Below, in pieces: positions 10,402 through 19,142 of a stretch of 50,666 bases of DNA (position 1 is the stretch's first letter; the number at the start of each line of letters is the position of its first letter). The notes below the pieces were generated by a model that made no database searches, was not told the DNA's origin, and saw nothing but the letters and a program-made list of their open reading frames with translations. The position numbers were made by a program, and so were the translations under genes. Source of the stretch: a virus (Duplodnaviria > Caudoviricetes); IMG/VR virus record IMGVR_UViG_3300020472_000040, positions 1 through 50,666 of that record. One strand, 5' to 3'.

Positions 10402-10830
10402 TTAAAATTCATCAACGGAATCAGTTGATACAAAGCCGTCAACTTTATCGAACTCTTCTCCGTAAGGGACAAGGTCGATTACTTGAACAGCTTGTAAGTC
10501 TAACCCTACACCAGTCTTACCTGCATAGTTCCAATCGTATTCTTTGTACATAACTTTAACAGTTGAACCGTTACCTACAAGAACATCAATAGGATTCTTA
10601 GATGCATCGACTAGTTTAGGAGCAGGATTATTCGTACCGTCTGCACGACTTACTCTGCGTTTAAACTTAACTATCTTTCCTCGTTCATCTTCTTTAACAG
10701 TAATGCCTTTGCCACTAAAATCTTTAGCGACATCGTCATCAACTGCTAAGTCAATCTGATAAACAGGGTCGAAAGTTGTATTGGGTCTAGTGATAGATGC
10801 CCAATAGGATTTACCTTGAACTGTAGCCAT
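10402..10830 (-). CDS. ssb: Single-stranded DNA-binding protein (gp2.5-like)
   Basis: OB-fold pattern, VGNGS.V.V, L.AVQVIDLV, acidic tail ending in Phe (DSVDEF); SD AGGAG; upstream of the primase. Confidence 0.85.
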   Translation of the reverse strand: MATVQGKSYWASITRPNTTFDPVYQIDLAVDDDVAKDFSGKGITVKEDERGKIVKFKRRVSRADGTNNPAPKLVDASKNPIDVLVGNGSTVKVMYKEYDWNYAGKTGVGLDLQAVQVIDLVPYGEEFDKVDGFVSTDSVDEF

Positions 10831-10873
10831 AATGTTATCTCCTAATGTTATTTATTAATGTTATTATAATTGA

Positions 10874-10902
10874 ATTATACCATAAAACAAATCATTTGTC
10901 AA
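10874..10902 (-). promoter_or_regulatory. Sigma70 promoter for the replication operon
   Basis: TTGACA-17-TATAAT with extended TG. Confidence 0.85.
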
Positions 10903-10920
10903 CAATATAATTATCTGTAA

Positions 10921-11025
10921 TTAAAAAACATATCCAATTACAAATACCGCAAGTAGAAAAACAATAAACACCCAAGTATCTATCTTATATTTTTCTACAA
11001 ATTTAAACCATTGTTCTTTATTCAT
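10921..11025 (-). CDS. 34-aa membrane peptide (not in ORF track)
   Basis: SD AAGGA; MNKEQWFKFVEKYKIDTWVFIVFLLAVFVIGYVF. Confidence 0.6.
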   Translation of the reverse strand: MNKEQWFKFVEKYKIDTWVFIVFLLAVFVIGYVF

Positions 11026-11097
11026 TTCTAATTCCTTTAAAATATTATTATTGTTATTATTAATATTATAATAATAACTCTTTAAAAATCTATATAG

Positions 11098-11126
11098 ATT
11101 ATATCACGATTCATCTCCGTTGTCAA
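11098..11126 (-). promoter_or_regulatory. Sigma70 promoter
   Basis: TTGACA-17-TATAAT with extended TG. Confidence 0.75.
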
Positions 11127-11343
11127 GAACTTTTTTATTGTTATCCACAATTCTTAAATGGTTTCTTTTTTTAATGTTCTCCTTTTGTTCTCTTAAATAA
11201 TCAAGGTACTGAATATCTTTGAGTTTTACTTGAGGCAAACAATCCCATACTGTTTGTATATACCATGCTATATTATCCTCATTTATTTCTCCCTTAATTA
11301 GAATATTAAATAACTCTTTAGCTTCCTTTGTTATCGTAGTCAT
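11104..11343 (-). CDS. Hypothetical protein
   Basis: 79 aa; SD GAGGAG upstream. Confidence 0.65.
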   Translation of the reverse strand: MTTITKEAKELFNILIKGEINEDNIAWYIQTVWDCLPQVKLKDIQYLDYLREQKENIKKRNHLRIVDNNKKVLDNGDES

Positions 11344-11512
11344 TTAATCTTTCTCCTCTCTTAATTAATGTCCAATAAGTTTGTGCTTCTCTAAATAGTT
11401 TTTTAATTGTAGTTCTTTTTACATTCATATTCTTTTCATTTAGTGAAGAAGATATATATTCACTTACAAAATCTTCAAAGTCATTCCCAAATAATAATTT
11501 ATATGTTTTCAT
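11318..11512 (-). CDS. Hypothetical protein
   Basis: 64 aa ORF overlapping the next gene. Confidence 0.55.
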   Translation of the reverse strand: MKTYKLLFGNDFEDFVSEYISSSLNEKNMNVKRTTIKKLFREAQTYWTLIKRGERLNDYDNKGS

Positions 11513-11581
11513 TATAACTGTAAAAGTAAAAATAATATAATTAAAAATAAAATAGCTTTATCTATTTTATCTGGAGGAGGT

Positions 11582-12037
11582 TTAAGATTCCAACCCATTG
11601 ATAATACTACTTAAATCTTTTGCTCTGTTAGGTGTTTGTCTTGCCCATAAACTATCAAGCATTTCTTCTGAGGCTCTTGATAAATCTCCCTCGTCTAACG
11701 CCTTTAGAAAATTTTTAAATTTAAGTACACCATACTTACCTAATTGATATACCATTTCTACTAGCACTCCTTTAACTACATCAATAGTATTTTGGTCTAA
11801 GCCTTGAGTGTATATGTTATCTACTTTACCCTCAAAAATTTCCATAGCTCCTTCATATGCTCTATCAAAATCTTTATCAAAGAGTTCTTCCCAGCCCTCT
11901 TTAGTTGTTGGTAAAGTTTCTCCGTCAAGTATCTTATGTCCAAAACCCCCAGTTAAAAAACCCTCGGTATCGGTGTATGGTTCAAGACGGAACCCTTCAT
12001 GAAGTTTAATTCTAGTCTTTACTGCTTCTATGTTCAT
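11582..12037 (-). CDS. Phage lysozyme (GH24, T4-lysozyme-like)
   Basis: HEG.R..PY.D..G..T.G.GH catalytic region; MLDS.WA.QTPNRA..L. Confidence 0.92.
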   Translation of the reverse strand: MNIEAVKTRIKLHEGFRLEPYTDTEGFLTGGFGHKILDGETLPTTKEGWEELFDKDFDRAYEGAMEIFEGKVDNIYTQGLDQNTIDVVKGVLVEMVYQLGKYGVLKFKNFLKALDEGDLSRASEEMLDSLWARQTPNRAKDLSSIINGLES

Positions 12038-12435
12038 TTGTTTTCTCCTTCTTTGTAAAATGTTTCATTAAAGATTTGTTTTATTGGTATGAGTACACAC
12101 TTAGAAGCCTTACTATCTCCTACATTTTTTGTAAGTTTATCTTTGTATGTATCTACAATTTTTTTAAGTATAGGTGTAGGAAAAACAAGGGTACAAAATT
12201 CTCCCTCGTCTAACTCTAATCGGTGAAACCAGTAATCACTTTCAGTTTTATATATACCACTTGGTTTTCCTCTATACTCATACTCAATAGCTATGTTTCC
12301 AGTCTTTCTCCACCAAGACCTTTCACTTTTAACCTCAATAGTTTTGTTCTCAAACATATCTTTAACTTTATTTTCTCTTACTTGTCCGTAAGCCAAGTCA
12401 ATATCAAACTTTGTAAATCCTTTTTTTCTAGGCAT
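12034..12435 (-). CDS. Putative PD-(D/E)XK endonuclease-like phage protein
   Basis: FD.DL..G..RE, IEVKS, TGNIAIEY, GKPSGI..T.SDYW. Confidence 0.7.
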   Translation of the reverse strand: MPRKKGFTKFDIDLAYGQVRENKVKDMFENKTIEVKSERSWWRKTGNIAIEYEYRGKPSGIYKTESDYWFHRLELDEGEFCTLVFPTPILKKIVDTYKDKLTKNVGDSKASKCVLIPIKQIFNETFYKEGENK

Positions 12436-12970
12436 TATTTAAATATCCCTTCTTATAAAGATAGTTTATTGTGTTAATTAATTTTTGTTCATACTCTTCG
12501 TCTTCTGCATATATCTTTAGAGTATTAATTAATTTATTTAAATCTTGATTATTAGATAAGTCTTGTGTTATTATTTCAAATCTAAAATGATGGTACAACT
12601 TACTCGTGTTTAACATATGCATATAATCTTTAACTGAATCACATTTGTTTTTATATTTTCTTAATTTTATTTTACTATTATCTAAAGAAATAATATAAGG
12701 TTTGTCGGTATTAAATTCTTTAATCCCAAACAAATTGTTTCCTTGTTCTGCAAATCTTGAGGTACCATACCCACTTTCAAGACTTGCTTGTCCTACTACA
12801 ATAGGTAGTGGTATACTATTCTCATACCCCATTATATTGTTATACTCGTTAGCACATTTTATAACTTGCTCTACGAATTCTTGTTCGTTTGAGTAAACAA
12901 ACCCACTATCCTTACCACAATTACTTATAAAAAAAAGTAAGAAAGATAAGAATATTATTTTTTTAATCAT
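12428..12970 (-). CDS. GH73 glucosaminidase/muramidase (Bax/FlgJ-like), probable lipoprotein
   Basis: QASLESGYGTS, NNLFGIK, YAED..Y; basic-hydrophobic signal ending ISNC. Confidence 0.88.
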   Translation of the reverse strand: MIKKIIFLSFLLFFISNCGKDSGFVYSNEQEFVEQVIKCANEYNNIMGYENSIPLPIVVGQASLESGYGTSRFAEQGNNLFGIKEFNTDKPYIISLDNSKIKLRKYKNKCDSVKDYMHMLNTSKLYHHFRFEIITQDLSNNQDLNKLINTLKIYAEDEEYEQKLINTINYLYKKGYLNNA

Positions 12971-13176
12971 AATTTAATAGCTAAAGTAATTAAAATTCCT
13001 GCTAAGAGTATAATTATAAAGAGTAATTCTATTCCTAGTATTGTGTGATACCAAATCCACCTAGTTTTATAAGCATTATCTACTGTCAAATCTTCTGGGT
13101 CTGGTTCAGTATTATAATTAGCTATATCTTTTGTGGGGTTTTGTACCCATAATGTTTTTATTATTCTTTTAAGCAT
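12967..13176 (-). CDS. Small membrane protein
   Basis: C-terminal TM segment; AYKTRWIWYHTIL. Confidence 0.7.
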   Translation of the reverse strand: MLKRIIKTLWVQNPTKDIANYNTEPDPEDLTVDNAYKTRWIWYHTILGIELLFIIILLAGILITLAIKL

Positions 13177-13184
13177 AGTATTAT

Positions 13185-13213
13185 ATTATATCATATTATT
13201 TAACTAATGTCAA
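13185..13213 (-). promoter_or_regulatory. Sigma70 promoter
   Basis: TTGACA-17-TATAAT with extended TG; ATG at 13176 lies 8 nt past the -10 box. Confidence 0.8.
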
Positions 13214-13340
13214 ATTGTTTTTCAAATAATTTAAATTCTTCTTCGTAATCATTTGTAATAGTATTTATTTTAGATATACATTGAGCCTCATCTATTTTAG
13301 CATTATAATATTCATCTAATATTTTAACGATATTATACAT
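13200..13340 (-). CDS. 46-aa hypothetical protein (not in ORF track)
   Basis: MYNIVKILDEYY... fills the gap between two genes. Confidence 0.45.
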   Translation of the reverse strand: MYNIVKILDEYYNAKIDEAQCISKINTITNDYEEEFKLFEKQFDIS

Positions 13341-13347
13341 CCATTCG

Positions 13348-13644
13348 TTAGGCATTGTTTATTTCCCCTAAATCTATATTCAATCTTTCAAGTAGCTCTT
13401 CATCTTTACACATAGAATAGTCAGCATAGTTTTCTTCTATGCCAAAAGGATTTGCATTAAAGAAATCTATTAGTTGCTCTCGCATAATATCCATAGCAAG
13501 TTGACCCAATCTAATTTGTTTAATGATATACATTTCATTATCTGAAAAATGTTTTTCATACTCAACACCTATCTCTTCTTGATACTGTTCAAATTTATTT
13601 TCAAGATACTCATCATGTTCTAACATACTCATTACTATTACCAA
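13348..13644 (-). CDS. Hypothetical acidic protein
   Basis: 98 aa in a run of early genes. Confidence 0.65.
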   Translation of the reverse strand: MVIVMSMLEHDEYLENKFEQYQEEIGVEYEKHFSDNEMYIIKQIRLGQLAMDIMREQLIDFFNANPFGIEENYADYSMCKDEELLERLNIDLGEINNA

Positions 13645-13835
13645 TCTAAAAATAGTTGCGACTCATTCAATAACCCCTCATAAGAACTATCAAATACATC
13701 TACTTGGTTAGTACCATACTTATCAATAAATAATTGTCTGGTATGTGTTAAAGATAATTCTTCTTCTTGCATTTTATCTAATAAGTACCAAGAATATTCT
13801 TGCATTTCCATTAACCAATTTTTTATTTTACTCAT
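13638..13835 (-). CDS. Hypothetical protein
   Basis: MSKIKNWLMEMQE start; 65 aa. Confidence 0.7.
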   Translation of the reverse strand: MSKIKNWLMEMQEYSWYLLDKMQEEELSLTHTRQLFIDKYGTNQVDVFDSSYEGLLNESQLFLDW

Positions 13836-13837
13836 GA

Positions 13838-13933
13838 TTATATTACCCCATTTACTGTTAAGATTATTAAAGATATAGTTATTCCTAGTACAACACCAGA
13901 CGCAACTAATAAAAATGTAAAATCTTTATTCAT
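13838..13933 (-). CDS. 31-aa membrane peptide (not in ORF track)
   Basis: SD AGGGAG; MNKDFTFLLVASGVVLGITISLIILTVNGVI. Confidence 0.55.
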   Translation of the reverse strand: MNKDFTFLLVASGVVLGITISLIILTVNGVI

Positions 13934-13957
13934 ATTTTATACTCCCTTTGTTATTTA

Positions 13958-14113
13958 TTAATCGTAAGTTTCATCTTCAACTTGATTGATTCCACTAACA
14001 ATAGTATCATCATCTTGCCCAAATAAAAACTCATCTACATTTTCATCTAGTATAGCAGACTCATCATAAATGTCAAGAAGTTTTTTCTTTTTTTTATAAG
14101 TGTTTGATTTCAT
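13958..14113 (-). CDS. 51-aa acidic protein (not in ORF track)
   Basis: SD AAGGA; MKSNTYKKKKKLLDIYDES...EDETYD. Confidence 0.55.
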   Translation of the reverse strand: MKSNTYKKKKKLLDIYDESAILDENVDEFLFGQDDDTIVSGINQVEDETYD

Positions 14114-14130
14114 TATATTTTCTTTCCTTT

Positions 14131-14325
14131 TTATTTGTCATCATACAAATAGCACATGCATTCTTTAATTAAAAAGTCATCAAGGGTTTCTTTAAAACCC
14201 TCTTGTCTATTCTCATTGTTTTCTTTTAACCACCTCTCAAGATTATTTGTAGTACCTAAATATTGAGGAGGATTACAATCTTGGTAATCAAAATAAATGT
14301 TATAAAGTTTTTTAATATTCATCAT
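14131..14325 (-). CDS. Hypothetical protein
   Basis: 64 aa; SD AAGGG; YLGTTNNL..WLK.NN. Confidence 0.6.
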   Translation of the reverse strand: MMNIKKLYNIYFDYQDCNPPQYLGTTNNLERWLKENNENRQEGFKETLDDFLIKECMCYLYDDK

Positions 14326-14336
14326 GCTTTCCCTTC

Positions 14337-15236
14337 TTATTCTTTATTGTTTCCATAGTTATATAAATCGTGAACAAAGATACCCAAACCAACTGGATTT
14401 GTTTCAGCTATCTCAATCATTTCATCAACTGTTAAATGTCCCAAGTCATCATCAGTTAAGGGTTCACCATTTGAATATACATCTATGTCATCTTCAACAC
14501 TATCCCAATTTGTAGTGTAGGATTTATTATATTTAGTAGAATAGTTTCCGTAATTACTATAACTACCATCATAATTTCCATACAAATCATAATCACTTAA
14601 CCAATTTGACTTAACAACTTTTTTACCTTTGTCAATGTCATAGTCATAGCCAACACCACGACTAATAGAATAAGTGTTAGACACCCAACCTACATTCTTA
14701 ACATCTTTACCCTCATCTTGATTAATGATAGTAAACTCTTGCGTCTTACCATCAAGAAACAATAACTTGTCCGAGCCTATTAAATCTTCAAGTGATTCCG
14801 TCCACTCGGCATTGTAAAGTAAGTTAGGATTGTTAAGTAATTGAGGTCTTATCACCCACTTAATAAATTGGTGGGTGTCCGACTTGTTCTTATCAATCAT
14901 TGGTGTTGGTAGCTTTGCTCCATTATGCATTACCCATAAATCTCTATCAGCTCCATTCTCACCTTTTTTTAAGACTTGGAATGGGTGTGATAAATCTCTA
15001 CAAGTATTACCTGCTGTTGTAAATCTGAAATGAATACCAACTTGTGTATTCAAATCTTTATAGCTCTTCCACATTTTGTGAATGTCCTTATAGTTTTTTG
15101 GAACTATCTTATGCGTATGGATTTTACCTTTGTTGTAAAACATAACTCCAAACCCATCAGAATTATTCTGATAAGCACATTCCATAAGTGTTTCATCTAA
15201 CTCTCTAGGATTATTAGCTTTAATTATTAAACACAT
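14337..15236 (-). CDS. Class II (Ntn) glutamine amidotransferase
   Basis: N-terminal Cys (MCLII), N.DGFG, HFRFTT.G, HPF, MHNG, SDT; Tyr/Asn/Ser-rich C-terminal tail. Confidence 0.88.
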   Translation of the reverse strand: MCLIIKANNPRELDETLMECAYQNNSDGFGVMFYNKGKIHTHKIVPKNYKDIHKMWKSYKDLNTQVGIHFRFTTAGNTCRDLSHPFQVLKKGENGADRDLWVMHNGAKLPTPMIDKNKSDTHQFIKWVIRPQLLNNPNLLYNAEWTESLEDLIGSDKLLFLDGKTQEFTIINQDEGKDVKNVGWVSNTYSISRGVGYDYDIDKGKKVVKSNWLSDYDLYGNYDGSYSNYGNYSTKYNKSYTTNWDSVEDDIDVYSNGEPLTDDDLGHLTVDEMIEIAETNPVGLGIFVHDLYNYGNNKE

Positions 15237-15281
15237 ATATTTACTTTCCTTTCATTGTTGTTATTTAAAGTTAAAAGTTTG

Positions 15282-16694
15282 TTAGGCATTACTAACATTT
15301 TCAAATTGCCTTGCGATACTCCGACTAGGTGTTCCAAGTACATATCCATTAGTAATTAACCAACTCCAGAAATTAGGATATTCACACCTAACTTCTGGTT
15401 TCTTCATGTAGTGAACAAAGGCTTTATAGTTTAAACTTTGTTCTCTTATTGAAGTCTGTTTCAAATAATGTACCAATGCGTCAGTAAATTCTAAGGCTCT
15501 CATAAAACCATACTCCGATACATTACTCCTAAATATTCTTAATTCTACTGTATTTCTATTGCTTGTATTAACAGCTTGGTATCTATCGTCATTTAGATAC
15601 TGCCCATCTTTAACATTTTTGGGGTGAGATAAACACCAACGATTCATATTTCTTCCAGCAATATCTTCTATAAATCTCTTATTCTTTTTTTCATTAATGA
15701 ATACTAACATTTTACCAATTTCAAGAGGGGTTAATGCTTTTTTATTAATATGAATATGCAACCCTGCACAATTAGTATTCCAACCCTTAACATAGGTACT
15801 CCCATTTTCATCTGTCCAATAATTACTATTAAACATATCTGAAAATCTATCTTTTAAAAATTTATATGTACTCGGAGCAGTACATATCTCAAACCCACCA
15901 TTACCTTCTTCTAATGAGCCATCTCTTTTACATAAAAACCAATCGTTATAATCGGTTAGTGTTTCAGGAAACTCATCAGGCATTGAATTTCTAGCCATAA
16001 CCTCTAATTCTACACCATATAACAATGCCTTAGTAGTATTCAAATTAGTATCAATAGTTTCATCTTCTCGATACTTAACTCCAATTCGTTCTTCAACCCG
16101 TGTTGTATAATTCGAACAGTATCTCTCATGGTCATAACAACTATCTTCATCTTCATAATTTTCATCATATTCTTCTTCTCGGTATGCGTCAGCACAACTC
16201 CCACACACCTCGTATTCTGAATTATACTCATCATCTGGAAAAATTTCTTCACACCTATTACAAGTAAATACATCATCTTCAAACATATCATATAACAACC
16301 ATTGTTCAATGTTTCTATATAAGTCGTTGAGTTTACTGCCTAAGTCTAATTCACACCTTCTCGCTCCAAAATTATTATTAGAAACATCTAGTTCATCTAC
16401 ATTAATTTGATATGGTCTTACTTCATGGCATAATTGCATTAATTCATTTAGTATATTTTGATTATTAAAAAAACCTCTCTCAATTATATCTTGATACTCA
16501 ACTGATTCATATAAAAAATCTAAGTCTGTATCATTATGTACATAACACTTATATACTTTAATCAAATTATATAAATCTCTTCTTTGCTCTCGGCTATTTC
16601 TTTTCCATAGCTTTTTTATTAGTCTATCTCGATAATTAAAAACTTGATATTGGTATTCCTGAATATCTGTTTCTACATTTTCATAAGATGGCAT
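15282..16694 (-). CDS. Putative amidoligase (COOH-NH2 ligase, glutamine-synthetase fold) with N-terminal CxxC..CxxC extension
   Basis: YGVELEV, K.DGSL, GFEI.TAP, CAGLHIHI, RY.AVN, TVELRIF. Confidence 0.88.
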   Translation of the reverse strand: MPSYENVETDIQEYQYQVFNYRDRLIKKLWKRNSREQRRDLYNLIKVYKCYVHNDTDLDFLYESVEYQDIIERGFFNNQNILNELMQLCHEVRPYQINVDELDVSNNNFGARRCELDLGSKLNDLYRNIEQWLLYDMFEDDVFTCNRCEEIFPDDEYNSEYEVCGSCADAYREEEYDENYEDEDSCYDHERYCSNYTTRVEERIGVKYREDETIDTNLNTTKALLYGVELEVMARNSMPDEFPETLTDYNDWFLCKRDGSLEEGNGGFEICTAPSTYKFLKDRFSDMFNSNYWTDENGSTYVKGWNTNCAGLHIHINKKALTPLEIGKMLVFINEKKNKRFIEDIAGRNMNRWCLSHPKNVKDGQYLNDDRYQAVNTSNRNTVELRIFRSNVSEYGFMRALEFTDALVHYLKQTSIREQSLNYKAFVHYMKKPEVRCEYPNFWSWLITNGYVLGTPSRSIARQFENVSNA

Positions 16695-16906
16695 TTTGTA
16701 CTCCTTCTGTTAGTCATTAATATAATTAGTAAATAGTTTACTACTAAATTTTTCATTGTCAAGATAAAAAATATCCATAGTGCTATTTATAAAATCTTGT
16801 AAATGAGATTCAGCAATATAGTTTCCTTTAACATCTTGTTTTAATTGCTTAAAACCCTTTGCGAATTTTATATAATCTTCTCTAGTCATAATTTTATTCC
16901 CCTTTA

Positions 16907-17299
16907 TTACACTCTATATTTTTCTTCTATTGCTTTAGCTAACCAACCTTTAGCACAATTACTTCCACTAAGTGTTTCCCCACAACATAATTCTGCCTTT
17001 TCATCTGCCCATATCTTTTCTTTGTAATCAACATCAAAATATGTTTCTTTATAAATATAGTCTTTAAATTTATTTTCATTAAATCGTCTATTATCAACTT
17101 TAAATCTTTTAATCATATTTTCTACTATATAAAGAATAGTATCTTTTTTTACTATTCTCATCATATCTTTTTTGCTATATCCTAACTTGCCCGTTTTGAA
17201 TCGTAAGTCTTTACTCCCATACGAATCATAATTACTTTCATTAGATATTATATCACAAATTATATCTGCTAACATAATATAATGCTTTCCTTTCATCAT
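16907..17299 (-). CDS. Hypothetical early protein
   Basis: SD GAGG; MKGKHY..LAD and F..DN.RFN..KF pattern. Confidence 0.7.
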   Translation of the reverse strand: MMKGKHYIMLADIICDIISNESNYDSYGSKDLRFKTGKLGYSKKDMMRIVKKDTILYIVENMIKRFKVDNRRFNENKFKDYIYKETYFDVDYKEKIWADEKAELCCGETLSGSNCAKGWLAKAIEEKYRV

Positions 17300-17471
17300 A
17301 ATTTTTTACCTCTTTATTAATCTAATAATTTTAAAAAGCTATAAGCTATTCTTAATATGCCATAAGTACCAAGTATAAATGCCATAAAAGGATAGCCACT
17401 AATCGCAATCATTATACTACATAAAAATACTAATACAATGACTATTACATCAAATGCACTTTCCATTTTTT

Positions 17472-17654
17472 TTACTCCTCTATTAAGTTATATACTATAT
17501 CTTCTAATTCCCCAATTTTATTATAAGTATCATAAATGCAATCAGGGTTATTTTTTTCAATACAATCTACTAATTCGCTATCTTCTAGTAAACTACGAGC
17601 AATTGCTAAATGCTCATGTAATTCTCTTATATACTCATTCATTGTTTTTTTCAT
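17472..17654 (-). CDS. Hypothetical early protein
   Basis: SD AAGGA; 60 aa. Confidence 0.6.
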   Translation of the reverse strand: MKKTMNEYIRELHEHLAIARSLLEDSELVDCIEKNNPDCIYDTYNKIGELEDIVYNLIEE

Positions 17655-17797
17655 TCCTTTTTAGTTATTAAAATTAATAGTTTTTTTTAGTCATATATTT
17701 TAGATATAAAAACTATCAAAAATTTTCTAAAATTCTTTTTTTTAAGAATTGCCTAAAAACATCTATGCGTATTATATCAGGTCTTTACTTTTTTTTC

Positions 17798-18025
17798 TTA
17801 TAACTTACCCAAGCTCCCACTTGTTTCATTTCTATAACTCATTCTATGAAAAACATAATTCGCACTTGCTCGGCTTGTCAATGCCTTGTATTCATTTATT
17901 GACTTTTTAAAATCATTGTTTTTTATAACTGTTTTAAATTTCATTCTTTGCTTTTTATCAGGTCTTTTCTTAAATGAAATAAATCTTTTATGATTTTTTC
18001 TAGTTATGTGAATTTTATTTTTCAT
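17798..18025 (-). CDS. Hypothetical basic early protein
   Basis: 75 aa, Lys/Arg-rich. Confidence 0.55.
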   Translation of the reverse strand: MKNKIHITRKNHKRFISFKKRPDKKQRMKFKTVIKNNDFKKSINEYKALTSRASANYVFHRMSYRNETSGSLGKL

Positions 18026-18208
18026 AATGATTAGAATATGCCATAATATTTAAAAAAATCTATATTAATTTTTATAATCTTTTTAAGTCATTGAAATTAA
18101 AAGAAACTTTTTATAATTTTTTTTCATATTTTATTTAAAAAATATAAGTTTATTCATTCGCTGTTTAACTTATTGATTTCATTAATGAATTATGAACACT
18201 TTTAATTG

Positions 18209-18248
18209 TGTGATATTTATGAAACACTTGTGATATTTATGCAACACT
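18209..18248. repeat. Tandem 20-nt direct repeat
   Basis: TGTGATATTTATGAAACACT followed by TGTGATATTTATGCAACACT. Confidence 0.85.
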
Positions 18249-18256
18249 ATAAACAT

Positions 18257-18295
18257 AAAAAAGCCCACTACTAGAATTTGTTTTAGTAATGGGCT
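18257..18295 (-). terminator. Rho-independent terminator
   Basis: Minus strand AGCCCATTACTA...TAGTAGTGGGCT followed by a T-run. Confidence 0.75.
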
Positions 18296-18322
18296 AATTG
18301 TTATATATAATTATTGTATATA

Positions 18323-18463
18323 TTATTTAGAACTATATTCTATATCTATTAATTGTCTATTGTTTTTATCTATAATATATGTAGGTATTTTATTATTTAG
18401 TTTACAATATCCCGTATATAATTTGATAAATCTACCAAGTAATAATTTATTTTTAAAAGTCAT
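18323..18463 (-). CDS. First early small protein (start MTFKNK preferred)
   Basis: SD AAGGA before the ATG at 18463; followed by a terminator. Confidence 0.5.
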   Translation of the reverse strand: MTFKNKLLLGRFIKLYTGYCKLNNKIPTYIIDKNNRQLIDIEYSSK

Positions 18464-18789
18464 ATTAATTTTTCCTTTTTTTAAGTTTATATAATGATGC
18501 AAAATTAAACTATTAAAAAAGGTTGTCAACAATAAAAATAGATTAAATGTATATTAAATATATATCTAAAAAATATATCTATATAAATGCTGTAAATTAT
18601 TGATTAAATTAAAATATTAGTCAAATGAATAATATATAATATGTGTATGATTTTTGATATATGTATGTAAACTAGATATAAATTTTATACATAATTAGAG
18701 CTTGACTTTTAAAAATTCCATGATATTCTATCAATGGGTTAGAATATCTTAAATATATAGAATATAGGTCATAGATTCTGACATATCTA

Positions 18790-19050
18790 TTGAGGCTAGG
18801 CAGGTTAGGGCGAGAGCCACCCCCACCCCCCATACCCATATATAGCAATGTCATACAAAATTACTAGATAAAGGTGTTAACCAGTAGCTGAGCCACTTCA
18901 AAGGGGGTTGCAATGTATAGGGGGAATATTGGGAGAGACTTAAAATGTTAACCAGTACCTCGCCCATTGCGAGTACAAGGGTCGGGTGTGGTTTATCTTC
19001 ATAGATTATATAAGGTATGATAGGTATATAACCGCCCCCAGGGGGACTAA
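18790..19050. other. GC-richer non-coding island at the arm divergence (putative terminus/packaging region)
   Basis: C-runs (GCCACCCCCACCCCCCATACCC) and G-runs in otherwise very AT-rich DNA just upstream of terS. Confidence 0.5.
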
Positions 19051-19054
19051 TTAT

Positions 19055-19083
19055 ATTATACACCTAGTTATCGGTTTTGTCAA
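19055..19083 (-). promoter_or_regulatory. Sigma70 promoter (leftward)
   Basis: TTGACA-17-TATAAT. Confidence 0.8.
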
Positions 19084-19106
19084 CAACAAAATTAATTATT
19101 TTTTAC

Positions 19107-19135
19107 TTGACAAAGTGTTAACTAGATGTTATAAT
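19107..19135 (+). promoter_or_regulatory. Sigma70 promoter for packaging genes
   Basis: TTGACA-17-TATAAT with extended TG. Confidence 0.88.
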
Positions 19136-19142
19136 AGGGAGT

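Noticed and set aside
18500-18529. Minus-strand TTGACA as the main early promoter
   Set aside because: No acceptable -10 box at 16-18 nt spacing
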